The notes: generated by a model not told the origin, from the sequence alone. DNA of 64,000 nt from Capsulimonadales bacterium (GCA_033762295.1 JANRLW010000070.1:1-64000), one strand, 5' to 3'. Positions 49,244 to 60,322 are shown, counted from the stretch's first letter. Made by a program: numbers and translations.

Positions 49244-49460
49244 GAATCTGTCCCAATTATACTAGACACGACTCGAAAGGCAATACCCTGTCAGCATTGA
49301 GAACGGAGTAGTGCGACGCTGATACGCGACCCTAATGATAACCGTGAAGACCACAAAGGAAATGACTTTTCATATCCGCGCTACCGCTTTCCATCGAAGC
49401 AATCCGAACACTGGAACATCCACATAGTTCCGCTTGGGCCAAGCCGATACAATGGCATAG

Positions 49461-49745
49461 ATGCCCTACTTTCTCCTGTCGGATGACGAACGCACCGCCT
49501 ACCGCGACCGAGGCTTTGACCTTCTCGAAACGGCGATGAAGGGCAACCTGTTCGGTTGGTTTGGCGGTACATCGGTGCGTGGGTTGTGCGATATGATCGG
49601 GGAAGCAACCATCGAACCCCACGACTTCGTCCCGACCGACGCCGAATGGGAAGCCGCCTTCAGTAACTTCTTCCAAAAGCATACGCTTCGAGAGGGATAA
49701 AAACAAGACAGCCCGATGGAAAATTCTTCCATCAGGCTGCTTGCT
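49461..49745 (+). pseudogene. Possible remnant of an integrase 3' region reading toward the att site
   Basis: ORF 49461-49700 continues in frame past a TAA into MENSSIRL, which is homologous to MEKSSIRL of copies A and B. Confidence 0.35.
49709..49739 (-). terminator. Hairpin downstream of the tRNA (att copy C)
   Basis: CAGCCCGATGGAA-aattc-TTCCATCAGGCTG, with a T-rich tail on the minus strand. Confidence 0.75.
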
Positions 49746-49821
<76 letters not shown>

Positions 49822-49832
49822 TCAACAAAATC

Positions 49833-49861
49833 ATCCTATCATTCCATTCGATGACTGTCAA
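49833..49861 (-). promoter_or_regulatory. sigma70 promoter of the tRNA
   Basis: TTGACA-17-TAGGAT with an extended TG. Confidence 0.8.
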
Positions 49862-50260
49862 GAGCCACCGAAACGTGTCAGGAAGTGTGAGAGCCACCAC
49901 CAAACAACAGACCCCGAACAATGAAAAAGCGACCGCTCCGCCAAACGAAGGGTCGCTCCGAACTTTTTTCGGAGGTTTTCAGGATGATTACACTTTTAGT
50001 ATACCATCCCTTTAACCCGATCACCATCCCATCAACGTGAAAGAATGCTCGGAATGTTCCTGAAATCAGGCAAAAATACGCCCGATAACCCTCGAAAAAA
50101 CGATCAAAAAAGAAAAAATCGCCGTCGAACCCGATAGTTCGACTCATAAATGTATCGGATATATCTCCGGACGGGCCGGAGATCTGTCAGAGGAAAAATG
50201 TCGGTTTCCGAAGAATGTAAACAACATAGATTGTCGACATTTAAGGAAGCGATCCGGTTC

Positions 50261-51382
50261 ATGAATTCCATCCCCCTCGCTCCGCCGGAAGCCGACCCCG
50301 CAGGCGTGACCGGCACGCCGCGCCACGCAACCGAACGACCGGGCGACGCCGGGACGTCCCACCGCGACAATAACTTCAACTTCCTGCGACTCGTCCTCGC
50401 CGCCCTCGTCATGGTTCAGCATGCCCCCGAACTCAAAGACGGAGACCGACACCGGGAAATCCTCACCGCCCTCTTTCATACCGTCGGCTTCGGAACCGTC
50501 GCCGTCAACGGCTTTTTCCTCCTCAGTGGCTACCTGATCGTTCAGAGCTGGCAGAGAAACCCACGGCTTCTCGAATTCCTCAAAAAACGCGTTCTGCGCA
50601 TCTATCCCGGATTCGTCGTCGCCTCCCTGATCTCCGCACTCGTCGTCGGACCCCTCGGCAGCGATCCCGCCACCTATTTCCGCCAGCTCTCCGTCACCGA
50701 CTACGTCCGATCCCTCCTGCTACTCAACGCCCCCGCCGTCCCGGAATCCTTTCCCGGACAACCGTTCCCCGTTGTCAACGGCTCGCTCTGGACCATCGCC
50801 TACGAATTCCGATGCTACCTCGCCGTCGCTCTCTTCGGAATCCTCGGAATCCTGAGACACCGGGCCTGGTGGCTGATCGCGACCGTCCTGCTCCTCCTCG
50901 TCCATCTGGCATCGCTCCGATGGACCGTCCCCGCCAAAATCTTCCCCGGATCGGTGATTCTTCTCGGTAACGCGGAAAACATTCCCCGATTGTTCACCTA
51001 CTTCTTTGTCGGTGGTTGCTTCTATCTGTACCGGGACCGAATCCGATACACCGACCGCCTTGCCCTGCCTGCCGCCATCCTCGTACTGCTGGCCTTTTTC
51101 CGGATGGAAACGGTACACCTGATCCTGCCCACCCTCGGCGCTTACGTGTTTCTCTGGTTCGCGTTCAAACCCCTGCCCGCTTTGCGACGGTTCGGCGCTT
51201 CCGCCGATATCTCCTACGGCGTCTATCTGTATGGCTGGCCCGTACAGAAACTGCTATACTTCCACTGGCCGCAGCTGTCACCCTGGTTCGCCCTCGCGCT
51301 CGCGATGCCGCTTGTCGCCCTCTGCGGATGGCTCAGCTGGACCTTCGTCGAAGGCCCCTTTCTACGCCTGAAAGGAAAATAG
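50261..51382 (+). CDS. Acyltransferase family 3 (OafA-like)
   Basis: NNFNFLRL, FFLLSGYLI, RVLRIYP, NGSLWTIAYE and DISYGVYLYGWP. Confidence 0.9.
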   Translation: MNSIPLAPPEADPAGVTGTPRHATERPGDAGTSHRDNNFNFLRLVLAALVMVQHAPELKDGDRHREILTALFHTVGFGTVAVNGFFLLSGYLIVQSWQRNPRLLEFLKKRVLRIYPGFVVASLISALVVGPLGSDPATYFRQLSVTDYVRSLLLLNAPAVPESFPGQPFPVVNGSLWTIAYEFRCYLAVALFGILGILRHRAWWLIATVLLLLVHLASLRWTVPAKIFPGSVILLGNAENIPRLFTYFFVGGCFYLYRDRIRYTDRLALPAAILVLLAFFRMETVHLILPTLGAYVFLWFAFKPLPALRRFGASADISYGVYLYGWPVQKLLYFHWPQLSPWFALALAMPLVALCGWLSWTFVEGPFLRLKGK

Positions 51383-51460
51383 ACGCCGCTCAACGAATGG
51401 AACGCTACCATCCGTCGGTTCGTTCACAACGAATCGATCCGTAAGGAGGCCACCCGGCCC

Positions 51461-53614
51461 ATGAACTCTCTGCCATCCGGTTATGAGGAACGCGTCTACG
51501 CCGGCGTTCTCGGCAAAATCATCGGCGTCTATCTGGGACGGCCGTTCGAGGGCTGGAACCATCGAAAGATCGAGGAGGAACTCGGCGAGATCCATTACTA
51601 CGTCCACGAAAAGCGCGGAACGCGCCTGATCGTCGCCGATGATGATATCTCCGGCACCTTCACCTTTGTCCGCGCCCTCCAGGACCATAACGCCGGGTAC
51701 CAGCTGACGGCCGAGCAGATCGGGAAGACCTGGCTCAACTACCTGATCGAGAAGAAGACCGTCCTCTGGTGGGGCGGAATGGGAGTCTCCACCGAACACA
51801 CCGCCTATAATCGACTCAAGGCCGGTGTCCCCGCCCCGAACTCCGGCAGCATCGCGCTCAATGGCCCGGTGGTCGCCGAACAGATCGGCGCGCAGATCTT
51901 TATCGACGCCTGGGCCATGGTCTGCCCCGGTGACCCCGATAAGGCCGTCGCCCTCGCGGGAAAAGCGGCCAGCGTCTCTCATGACGGAGAGGCGATCTAT
52001 GGCGCACAGATCATCGCCGCCATCGAGTCCATGGCCTTTGTCGAAGACGACCTGCTGACCCTGATACGGCAGGCCATGGCCTATATCCCTCGCTCCTCCG
52101 TCATCCATACCCTGATCGAGGATATGCTCGCCTGGAAGGAAGCCGAGCCCAACGACTGGCGCGCCACCTTCCGCAAAATCGAGGACAAGTACGGCTACGA
52201 TAAGTACGGCGGCGGCTGCCACATGGTCCCCAACCACGCCGTCATCCTCCTGGGTCTGCTCTATGGCGATAACGACTTCCAGAAAGCGCTCATGGTGACC
52301 AACACCGCCGGATGGGACACCGACTGCAACTCCGCCAACGTCGGCTGTATCATGGGTATCAAGAACGGACTGGACGGCATCAACGCCTCGGTCGATTTCC
52401 GAACCCCGGTCGCCGACCGGCTCTACCTGCCGACCGCCGATGGCGGACGCTGTATCACCGATGCCGTCCGGGAAACCTTCGCCCTCATCAACATCGCCCG
52501 GTCCCTCCAGGGACTGAAGCCGGTGACGCCCAATCAGGGCATGCGTTACCATTTCAATCTGCCCGGCTCCCTGCAGGGGTTCCGTTGTGAGGACAGCATC
52601 GAGTGCGCCGATGTCGTCCGCCTGGAAAATGTTCGCGCCGGCGAGAGCCGGATCGACGGACCGCCCGATGAACGTCTGCTGGCCATCCACTACCAGGGGG
52701 TCGGGCCGGGACGCGTCGCGCGTGTCGCCACCTGGACGTTCCTCCCCCCCGAGGACCTGAACGCCGGCGGGTACGGACTCGTCGCCACGCCGGTGCTCTA
52801 CGCCGGGCAGATCGTTCGCGCCCGCCTGATCGCCGACGAAAGCAACCCGGCCCGCGCCGCCGTTCGCCTCTATCTCAAGGTCTACGGCAAGGACGATCGG
52901 CTCGAACAGGTCGACGGAGAGACCGTCCTTCTCGACAAAGGACAGGTTTTTCATGTCGAATGGAAAGTGCCCGATACCGGTGGACGACCGATCGCCGAAA
53001 TCGGGGTGGAAGTCGGCGGAAACTCGCGCAGCGGAACCGTCTATCTCGACTGGCTCGGCTGGACCGGAACACCGCAACTGACCCTCGGGCGCAATACCGA
53101 GGGACGCGCCGGGCGACGCTCGTGGGTGGTCGCCGCCGATGAACTGCGCGAATGGGGCGTCTCCCGCAGTTTCGCCGTCGTCCAGAACGACGGCACGGGC
53201 ATGGTCTACACCGGAACCGACGAATGGACCGATTACTCCATGAGCGTCGAAGCCCATGCGCATCTGGCCGAAGCCTGGGGAATCGTCGCCTGCGTACGCG
53301 GTCTGCGACGCTACGTCGCCCTCGCCCTCGACCGTCAGGGCGAACAGGGACGACTGCGACTGATCGAACGATACGATGAGGAGGAGCGGTGTCTCGCGGA
53401 AGCCGCGCTCCCCTGGGAACTCTATACCACCGTTTCCTTCTCGCTCACCGTTCACCGGGAGGGAAGCCTGACCGCCATCTGCACCGGTGGCGATTGCACC
53501 GTGACTCTGGACACGCCACTGCCCGCCGAACGAGCCGCCGGCGCCGCCGGGTTCTTCGTGCAGGTCGGCCATTGCCAGTTCGGCGATCTCGAGATCGAAC
53601 CGGCCAACGCCTGA
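51461..53614 (+). CDS. ADP-ribosylglycohydrolase family protein with C-terminal beta domains
   Basis: GRPFEGW, DDDISG and GWDTDCN. Confidence 0.85.
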   Translation: MNSLPSGYEERVYAGVLGKIIGVYLGRPFEGWNHRKIEEELGEIHYYVHEKRGTRLIVADDDISGTFTFVRALQDHNAGYQLTAEQIGKTWLNYLIEKKTVLWWGGMGVSTEHTAYNRLKAGVPAPNSGSIALNGPVVAEQIGAQIFIDAWAMVCPGDPDKAVALAGKAASVSHDGEAIYGAQIIAAIESMAFVEDDLLTLIRQAMAYIPRSSVIHTLIEDMLAWKEAEPNDWRATFRKIEDKYGYDKYGGGCHMVPNHAVILLGLLYGDNDFQKALMVTNTAGWDTDCNSANVGCIMGIKNGLDGINASVDFRTPVADRLYLPTADGGRCITDAVRETFALINIARSLQGLKPVTPNQGMRYHFNLPGSLQGFRCEDSIECADVVRLENVRAGESRIDGPPDERLLAIHYQGVGPGRVARVATWTFLPPEDLNAGGYGLVATPVLYAGQIVRARLIADESNPARAAVRLYLKVYGKDDRLEQVDGETVLLDKGQVFHVEWKVPDTGGRPIAEIGVEVGGNSRSGTVYLDWLGWTGTPQLTLGRNTEGRAGRRSWVVAADELREWGVSRSFAVVQNDGTGMVYTGTDEWTDYSMSVEAHAHLAEAWGIVACVRGLRRYVALALDRQGEQGRLRLIERYDEEERCLAEAALPWELYTTVSFSLTVHREGSLTAICTGGDCTVTLDTPLPAERAAGAAGFFVQVGHCQFGDLEIEPANA

Positions 53615-53699
53615 TACCGTGACGGATCGGGCGGGGGAATGGCCACCGCCCGGTCAGCGGACCGTGTCTCCTTTTGTTCCCGACATCCCGGTCGGGCCC

Positions 53700-53758
53700 T
53701 TGACATGCCGTCAGCGAACGGGTACACTGCCGACGAAAGCGAGAATCATTATTGATAA
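53700..53758 (+). promoter_or_regulatory. sigma70 promoter and Fur/PerR-like box of ahpC
   Basis: TTGACA-17-TACACT; GAGAATCATTATTGATAA at 53741-53758. Confidence 0.7.
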
Positions 53759-53842
53759 GCGGTTGGTCCGCCTCGCGTTTCATCGATCCACCGGCGCTCG
53801 TCCGGAACCCATTCCTGTAGAAAAATAGGAGCAGGACGTATC

Positions 53843-54403
53843 ATGTCGCTCGCTAAAGTAGGGCAGCCCGCCCCCGAATTTACCGCTCAGGTCGCCTACG
53901 CTTCCGACTCTCCCGCCGGAGAGGTGAAGTCCGTTTCCCTTTCCGATTTCCGCGGAAAGTGGCTCGTGTTCTTCTGGTACCCGCTCGACTTTACCTTCGT
54001 CTGCCCGACCGAGATCACCGCTCTGTCGGACCGCTACGAGGACTTTGAGGGCATCGGCGCGGAGATCCTGGGCGCTTCCACCGATTCGGTCTACTCCCAT
54101 CGCGCCTGGCTGCGCACGTCCCGCACGGACAACGGGATCGAGGGCGTCAAGTTCGGCATCATCGCCGATATGACCCAGCAGATCGCCGCCGATTACGGCG
54201 TTCTGATCGACGGTCAGGGAATCGCGCTTCGCGGTCTGTTCATCATCGACCCGGACGGCATTCTCCAGTACGGCGTCATCAACAACCTGAACATCGGACG
54301 CTCCGTGGACGAGACCCTGCGCGTTCTGCAGGCCCTCCAGTCCGGCGGCCTTTGCCCGTCCGACTGGCGACCGGGTATGAAGACCCTCGCCCCCGGCGAA
54401 TAG
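53843..54403 (+). CDS. ahpC: 2-Cys peroxiredoxin
   Basis: YPLDFTFVCPTE, RGLFIID, GRSVDE and LCPSDW. Confidence 0.92.
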   Translation: MSLAKVGQPAPEFTAQVAYASDSPAGEVKSVSLSDFRGKWLVFFWYPLDFTFVCPTEITALSDRYEDFEGIGAEILGASTDSVYSHRAWLRTSRTDNGIEGVKFGIIADMTQQIAADYGVLIDGQGIALRGLFIIDPDGILQYGVINNLNIGRSVDETLRVLQALQSGGLCPSDWRPGMKTLAPGE

Positions 54404-54491
54404 GGATCGTGGGTGTCAGCCGTCTCCGGACCGCCGGCACCCAATGCCTGACACCCCATGTCTGACATCTTCCCTGAAAGGATGTTTTCGG

Positions 54492-54947
54492 ATGGCTTTG
54501 CGAATCGGAACGGAACTGCCGTCGCTGGACGGCGCGACGGAGTGGCAGGGGGGCAGCGTCGAGCGTGACACGCTGACCGGTTCCCCGACCCTCGTCCACT
54601 TCTGGTCCGTCTCCTGCTATATCTGCAAGAATAACCTGCCGACGCTGGAGGAGTGGCAGAAGACCTACGGCCCGAAAGGGCTCAAGGTCGTCGCCATCCA
54701 CGCGCCCCGCGCCGAGGACGAAACCGATACCGAACGGGTGAAATCCGTACGCGAAGAGTTCGGAATGACGGAACCGTGCGCCGTCGATAATACCTTCGCC
54801 CTGGCCGACCGCTTCGAGATCGGCGGACTCTGGCCGCATTACTTCCTGTTCGGCAACGACGGCAAACTCAAGAGCCGGGCCGCCGGCAATGCCGGCCTGA
54901 CCATGATCGGCACCGCGCTGAAAAAACTGCTCGATACCCCGGCCTGA
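54492..54947 (+). CDS. TlpA/redoxin-family thiol-disulfide protein
   Basis: HFWSVSCYICK. Confidence 0.85.
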   Translation: MALRIGTELPSLDGATEWQGGSVERDTLTGSPTLVHFWSVSCYICKNNLPTLEEWQKTYGPKGLKVVAIHAPRAEDETDTERVKSVREEFGMTEPCAVDNTFALADRFEIGGLWPHYFLFGNDGKLKSRAAGNAGLTMIGTALKKLLDTPA

Positions 54948-55066
54948 AACCCGAAGGATCGCTCCGGGACGGCATCCGCCCGACCTCCGGTATTTCGTAA
55001 CGAAGTTCCTTGCGTCGAAGGGCGCGCATTGAGCCCGGACCCGGAAGGAGCAGGTACAATTCGCGC

Positions 55067-56080
55067 ATGGGCGACCGGGAGTACCATCGTTTCGGTTCGG
55101 AGGAACTGTATCGGACGCAGGAGATAAGGTATGCGCCGGACACCGTCCGGCGCATCGCGCTGGCGCTCGGCCCGACACCGCCCGACGACGCCCGACACCT
55201 CCTCGCCCCCGTATCCCTCCCGCCGCCCTTCCCACCCCTGCCCGATGGCCCCCTGCCCGCCACCGAGTTTGTCGTCGAACTGGTCGGTCGCTACCCGATC
55301 TCCGCCGCCGCGCTGTCACAGGCTTTTCCGCCCGGCGGGACCGGGTTGGGATTCGGACGCCTCCGGATACAACGGGAACGATCTCAGGGCCGGTGGTCGC
55401 CGTTCGACCGCGAACGGATCGACGGACGTATCGAGGGGATCGCGTTCTCCTGGGAACTGGCCTCACTGCTCACCGAGGGAACGGAGGCCGTCCGGGAACT
55501 CGCCGGTTATCTGCTCCGCACCGAGGAGATCGCCGGACGCCTTTTCCTGCAAACTGCCCCGTCCGACACGCCGGAGGAGGCCGCCGTCCGCGCCGCCCGG
55601 CTGGCGGAGATCAAACGTCGCTTCGCCCGATCGGTCGAGATGCGGCTGCTGCCGCAGGGACGCTCCTTCCCGACGCGGGCGGTCTGGCGACACGCCTATG
55701 CGCTCGGACTGCGCTGGGGCGACCTCGACCTCTTCCACTGGCACGATCCGGTGGCGGACCTCCGTCTCTTCTCGCTGAACGCTCTGGGGCATCCCGGCTA
55801 CTTCCTGCCCGAACGCGCGGCGGAGGGAGAGGGAACGGCAGGAATCGCCCTGTCGTTCGAACTGCCTCGCTGCCCCGCGCCGATCGAAACGTACGATCGT
55901 ATGGGCGTCGCTCTGGCCTACCTGCGCCAGCACCTCGGGGGTCGCCCGCAGACCGGCGACGGCCGGGAACTCGACGCCGATCGGCTTTATGACGACCGGG
56001 ATGCGCTGGACGACGCCGTGCGCGAGATGAACCGGTTCGGTATCGCCCCTGGCTCTCCCACCGCCGTCCGCTTTTTTTGA
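55067..56080 (+). CDS. Protein with a ZipA C-terminal-like domain
   Basis: LGLRWGDLDLFH...LFSL...PGYF...F.LP...YDRM...LGG pattern. Confidence 0.6.
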   Translation: MGDREYHRFGSEELYRTQEIRYAPDTVRRIALALGPTPPDDARHLLAPVSLPPPFPPLPDGPLPATEFVVELVGRYPISAAALSQAFPPGGTGLGFGRLRIQRERSQGRWSPFDRERIDGRIEGIAFSWELASLLTEGTEAVRELAGYLLRTEEIAGRLFLQTAPSDTPEEAAVRAARLAEIKRRFARSVEMRLLPQGRSFPTRAVWRHAYALGLRWGDLDLFHWHDPVADLRLFSLNALGHPGYFLPERAAEGEGTAGIALSFELPRCPAPIETYDRMGVALAYLRQHLGGRPQTGDGRELDADRLYDDRDALDDAVREMNRFGIAPGSPTAVRFF

Positions 56081-56090
56081 AAGATCGACA

Positions 56091-56309
56091 TCAGTCCGGG
56101 TCGGTCGTGCGCGGTATCTGATTCCAGAAGATCGCGTCCTCGGCGTAAAGCGGGCGCGGACGATGAACGCGCAGGCGGGTCTGCGGGTTCACCTGCTCTT
56201 CCTGCTTCTCAATCATCACTACCACAGGCGTATGGTCGGGCACCTTGACGTCCGGTGAAAGGCGGATAATCCCCTCTTCGACAATCCCGGAAACGGCAAC
56301 GAGAGACAT
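56091..56309 (-). CDS. Small antitoxin-like protein (AF2212/DUF104-like), no toxin partner
   Basis: GIVEEGIIRL..V.VP..T.V.V; AGGAGG RBS. Confidence 0.6.
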   Translation of the reverse strand: MSLVAVSGIVEEGIIRLSPDVKVPDHTPVVVMIEKQEEQVNPQTRLRVHRPRPLYAEDAIFWNQIPRTTDPD

Positions 56310-56549
56310 GGTTTCGTTCCTCCTGTTTCCATCGTACAACCGGTTTCGGTCGATCGGACGCTGTCGTGCGCAAAATCCGCCGTTCGCAGGATAGCCCGTC
56401 GGGTTCCGGGAAACCTTTACCGCCGTCGCGCTTGCGGCTATACTGCTATACTGTGGATACCGTTCGCCCCGGACCGCCGGAAATCGCCGGAGATTGCCGA
56501 ACATCACCGGGGCGAACGGGACGCAAACCTACCCGAGAAAACGATTTTT

Positions 56550-59192
56550 ATGCAAGCGCGTGAACTACGAAAGAAATATCTGGAATTTTTCGAGAGCAAG
56601 GGGGCGCTCCGTCTGCCCTCCGAATCGCTGGTATCGGACGACCCGACCCTGCTCTTTATCGTGGCCGGAATGGTCCCTTTCAAAGCGTACTTTGAGGATC
56701 GCGCCGTGCCGCCCCGCCCCAGTGTGACGACGACGCAAAAGTGTCTGCGAACGAAGGACATCGAGGATATCGGCGATATCTCCCACTGTACGTTCTTTGA
56801 AATGCTCGGCAACTTCTCGTTCGGCGACTATTTCCAGGCCGAAGCGATCGCCTGGGCCTGGGAGTTCCTGACACAGGTGCTGAAACTCGATCCGCAGAAC
56901 CTGCGCGTCACCATTTACCGGGACGACGAGGAGGCCTTCCGCCTCTGGCGCGAACAGGGACTGCCCGCCGAACGGATCACCCGCCTCGGACAGAAGACCA
57001 ACTACTGGCCTGCGAACGCGATTCAGGAGCGGTCGCAGGGGCCGTGCGGCCCGTGCAGCGAGATCTTCTTCGACCTGAAGCCGGAACTGCCGTTCGATAC
57101 CGACTGGGATGGCGAAGGAACGCGCTGGCTGGAAATCTGGAACCTGGTCTTCACTCAGTACACCGGGCGTGGCGAGGGCGAAAACTTCCGGCTGGTCCCG
57201 CTGCCCAAAAGGAATATCGACACCGGCATGGGGCTGGAGCGAACGGCGGCGGCGATCAATCGGCTGTCCGGACCGTTCGAAACCGATGTCCTGCGCCCGA
57301 TCATCGCCCAACTGGAGACCCTCGCGGGCAAAGAGTACCGTTCCACCCCGGATAGCCCGGACGATATCGCCTTTCGCCGAATCGCCGACCACATCCGCGC
57401 GACCGCGTTCCTGCTCTCGGACGGCGTGACTCCGGACCGCTCCGGTCGGGGATACGTCCTGCGTCGCCTGATGCGCCGCGCCATCGTCGCCGGTATCCGT
57501 CGTCTCGGGTTCGAGCAGCGCCCGTTCCTGCACGAAGCGATTCCGACCGTGATCGAAGTGATGGGCGATGCCTATCCGGACCTGGTCGAACGCCGGAAGG
57601 CGATCCTCGATGCCGTACAGCAGGAAGAGACGCTGTTCCGCCGGACGCTGCAGAACGGACTGGTGCGGCTGGACGAGGAACTGGCTCTCGGCGAACTGAC
57701 CGGACGACGGGCATTCTATCTGTACGAAACCTTCGGGTTGCCCTTCGAAATCACGAGTGAGATCGCCGCCGAACGAGGTCTCAGCATCGACCGGGAAACC
57801 TACGACGAGGCGGAGGAGGATGCCCGACAGCGGTCGCGCGCCGTCTCGGAACTCGGGGGCACCTGGGAAGCCGTCTCGGACGAGGCGAAGGAACTGCTCC
57901 GATCCGTTCCGCTCACCCGGTTCGTCGGGTACGAGACACCGGAGACGACCGCGCGGATTCTGGGCATTCTGGCCGAGGGAAACCCGGTCGAGCGGATCAT
58001 CGAGGGTCAGTCGGCCGAAATCCTGCTGGATGCCACGCCGTTCTATGCCGAATCGGGTGGTCAGGTCGGTGATGCCGGTTCGCTGCGCGGCGCCCTCGGC
58101 GGATTCACGGTCGCCGACACGGTCAAGAAAAACGGCCTCTGGTTCCACCGGGGAACGGTGGCGACCGGTACGCTGTCGGTCGGCGACGGGGTGGCGGCGG
58201 AAGTCGATAGCGATCGTCGCCGCGACATCATGCGCAATCACACGGCAACGCACCTGCTGCATAAGGCGTTGCGCTCCCGGCTCGGAGCGCACGTCCAGCA
58301 GCGTGGTTCCCTGGTCGCTCCGGACCGGCTTCGGTTCGACTTCGCTCACGGCGCACAGATGACCCCGGAGGAACTGCGCGATGTCGAGAACGAGGTGAAC
58401 GAGGCGATTCTTTCGGAACTGCCGGTGGAGATCGCCGAGAAGCCGATCGAGGAGGCGCGTCAACTCGGAGCGATGATGCTGTTCGGAGAGAAGTACGGCG
58501 ACGTTGTTCGGGTGGTCTCGGTCGGGGGGGATTACTCCCGGGAGTTCTGCGGCGGGACCCACGTCACCAATACGGCCCGAATCGGTCCGTTCCGCCTGGT
58601 CTCGGAGGGATCGGCGGCGGCGGGCGTTCGGCGGGTCGAAGCGCTGACCGGGCGTGGCGCGGAAGCGTTCGACCTGGCCAACTTCGACGCGTTGAAACGG
58701 GTGGCTTCCCTGCTCGGCGTCCGGGCGACCGACGCGCCGGAAGCGGTCGAGCGGTTGCTCGCCGACCTGAAGGCGACGCGGGACGCGCTGACGAAGGCCC
58801 GGCAGGCGCAGAGCGGCAGCCGGGCGGCGCAGCTGGTGGAGTCGGCTCGGACGCTCGCCGGCTTGCCCGTCGTCGTGACCGCCGTCGAGGACGTGGAGGA
58901 CGGCGCGGCCCTGTCCGCCCTGGTCGACGACGTGCTGAACCGGCTCAAATCGGGAGCGGTCCTGCTGGCGGCGGAGATCGACGGAAAGATCGTCTTCGTC
59001 GCCAAGGCGGCGAAGGACGCCGTCGGCAAAGGGGCGCATGCCGGCCATCTGGTCAAGGCGGCGGCGCAGGTCGCGGGCGGCGGCGGCGGCGGACGTCCCG
59101 ACTTCGCACAGGCCGGTGGCAAGGACCCGGACAAACTCGGGGAGGCGCTGGCCGCCGCGGAGGCGACACTGACCCGGCAACTGGAGGGTTGA
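56550..59192 (+). CDS. alaS: Alanine--tRNA ligase
   Basis: HCTFFEMLGNFSFGDYF, NHTATHLLH, EFCGGTH and GGGGRPDFAQAGG. Confidence 0.98.
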   Translation: MQARELRKKYLEFFESKGALRLPSESLVSDDPTLLFIVAGMVPFKAYFEDRAVPPRPSVTTTQKCLRTKDIEDIGDISHCTFFEMLGNFSFGDYFQAEAIAWAWEFLTQVLKLDPQNLRVTIYRDDEEAFRLWREQGLPAERITRLGQKTNYWPANAIQERSQGPCGPCSEIFFDLKPELPFDTDWDGEGTRWLEIWNLVFTQYTGRGEGENFRLVPLPKRNIDTGMGLERTAAAINRLSGPFETDVLRPIIAQLETLAGKEYRSTPDSPDDIAFRRIADHIRATAFLLSDGVTPDRSGRGYVLRRLMRRAIVAGIRRLGFEQRPFLHEAIPTVIEVMGDAYPDLVERRKAILDAVQQEETLFRRTLQNGLVRLDEELALGELTGRRAFYLYETFGLPFEITSEIAAERGLSIDRETYDEAEEDARQRSRAVSELGGTWEAVSDEAKELLRSVPLTRFVGYETPETTARILGILAEGNPVERIIEGQSAEILLDATPFYAESGGQVGDAGSLRGALGGFTVADTVKKNGLWFHRGTVATGTLSVGDGVAAEVDSDRRRDIMRNHTATHLLHKALRSRLGAHVQQRGSLVAPDRLRFDFAHGAQMTPEELRDVENEVNEAILSELPVEIAEKPIEEARQLGAMMLFGEKYGDVVRVVSVGGDYSREFCGGTHVTNTARIGPFRLVSEGSAAAGVRRVEALTGRGAEAFDLANFDALKRVASLLGVRATDAPEAVERLLADLKATRDALTKARQAQSGSRAAQLVESARTLAGLPVVVTAVEDVEDGAALSALVDDVLNRLKSGAVLLAAEIDGKIVFVAKAAKDAVGKGAHAGHLVKAAAQVAGGGGGGRPDFAQAGGKDPDKLGEALAAAEATLTRQLEG

Positions 59193-59216
59193 GGACTGGA
59201 AACCTTCGGTCGGCGG

Positions 59217-60308
59217 GTGAGGGCGGTCGGCGTGACGCTGCTGCTCGGAGCGCTTGCCTTCGGCGGGGCGACCTGGGCCGCTCCGCCGAAGCTCGTGTTG
59301 CTGCTCGTCACCGGCGTGTCCGCCGCCGACGTCGCGCCGGGCGGCCCCTATGAGAAACTGAGGACGCTGGCGGAAAGGGGAAGCGTCGGGCTGGCCGAGA
59401 TCGGTTTGCCCGGCGAACCGACCGAGGCGGCGGCGTTCCTGACCGTCGGGGCGGGTGTCCCGCTGGCCGTCCCGGACAAAGCCGGGCCGCGCGTCCGGGA
59501 GGGCGGGATCGACCTGACCATGGCCGAGGTCGCGACCCTGGTATTCCGTTCCGACACGCGGGAGGGCGCGGTCGTCTGCCGGGGGTATCGCAAGCGGTAC
59601 GGCCGGTACGCACCGCTTCGCTCCCGGATCGTCCATCTGGGAGTCGGAACGCTGAGTCGCCTTCCGGAGAACGCCCGGTCCGCAGGGAGGATCGGCGAAC
59701 TCGGCGAACGCTGGAAGCGGGCCGGAAAACGAGTGCGCGTCGTCGGAAACTGGGCGGGCGTCCTCGTTGCCATGGACCGCCGTTACGCCGTCTATGATGG
59801 CTCGTTACGGACGCTCGCCCCGCGCGAGATCGGGAAAGTCCTGAAGCCGTGTGATATTCTGGTCGTCTCGGAGGACCGTCCCCGCCAGGGCCTGACCCTC
59901 GCTATGGCCCTGGAAAAGCTGGCGCGCCGGCAAGAGATCCATGCCGTGATCCTCTGCCTGCCGCGTCCCCTGGCCGACAACCCGACGCCCGGACTGGTGT
60001 TCGGACTAGGCCCCTCCTTTCCGCCCGACACCGTCCTGACCGGCAACCGGGAAGGGTGGGCGGCGTTGACGGATCTCGCGCCCACCCTTTCGCGTCTCGC
60101 CGGAACGGAATTCGCGACGGATTCCGGGCGACCGCTCCGGGCGACCGGGGTCGTCGGCGGCAGCATGGCCCGGATTGAGGGGCACCTGAAATGGCACGAG
60201 TTCGTTCGGCACTGGGGACTCGTTTTCCAGGTCGTCTTCTGGGGAACGGCGCTGGCGCTTTCCTGGCTCGTCCTGGCGGCGGCGTTCACCCGATGGCGAC
60301 GGCGGTGA
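59217..60308 (+). CDS. Hypothetical exported/membrane protein
   Basis: Signal peptide and C-terminal TM; LTDLAPT weakly recalls the alkaline-phosphatase fold. Confidence 0.55.
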   Translation: MRAVGVTLLLGALAFGGATWAAPPKLVLLLVTGVSAADVAPGGPYEKLRTLAERGSVGLAEIGLPGEPTEAAAFLTVGAGVPLAVPDKAGPRVREGGIDLTMAEVATLVFRSDTREGAVVCRGYRKRYGRYAPLRSRIVHLGVGTLSRLPENARSAGRIGELGERWKRAGKRVRVVGNWAGVLVAMDRRYAVYDGSLRTLAPREIGKVLKPCDILVVSEDRPRQGLTLAMALEKLARRQEIHAVILCLPRPLADNPTPGLVFGLGPSFPPDTVLTGNREGWAALTDLAPTLSRLAGTEFATDSGRPLRATGVVGGSMARIEGHLKWHEFVRHWGLVFQVVFWGTALALSWLVLAAAFTRWRRR

Positions 60309-60322
60309 CGGAAGGAGCGGCG

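Noticed and set aside
51362..53572. 736-aa minus-strand ORF
   Set aside because: Shadow of the ADP-ribosylglycohydrolase gene.
56565..59636. 1023-aa minus-strand ORF
   Set aside because: Antisense shadow of alaS in GC-rich DNA; no motifs.
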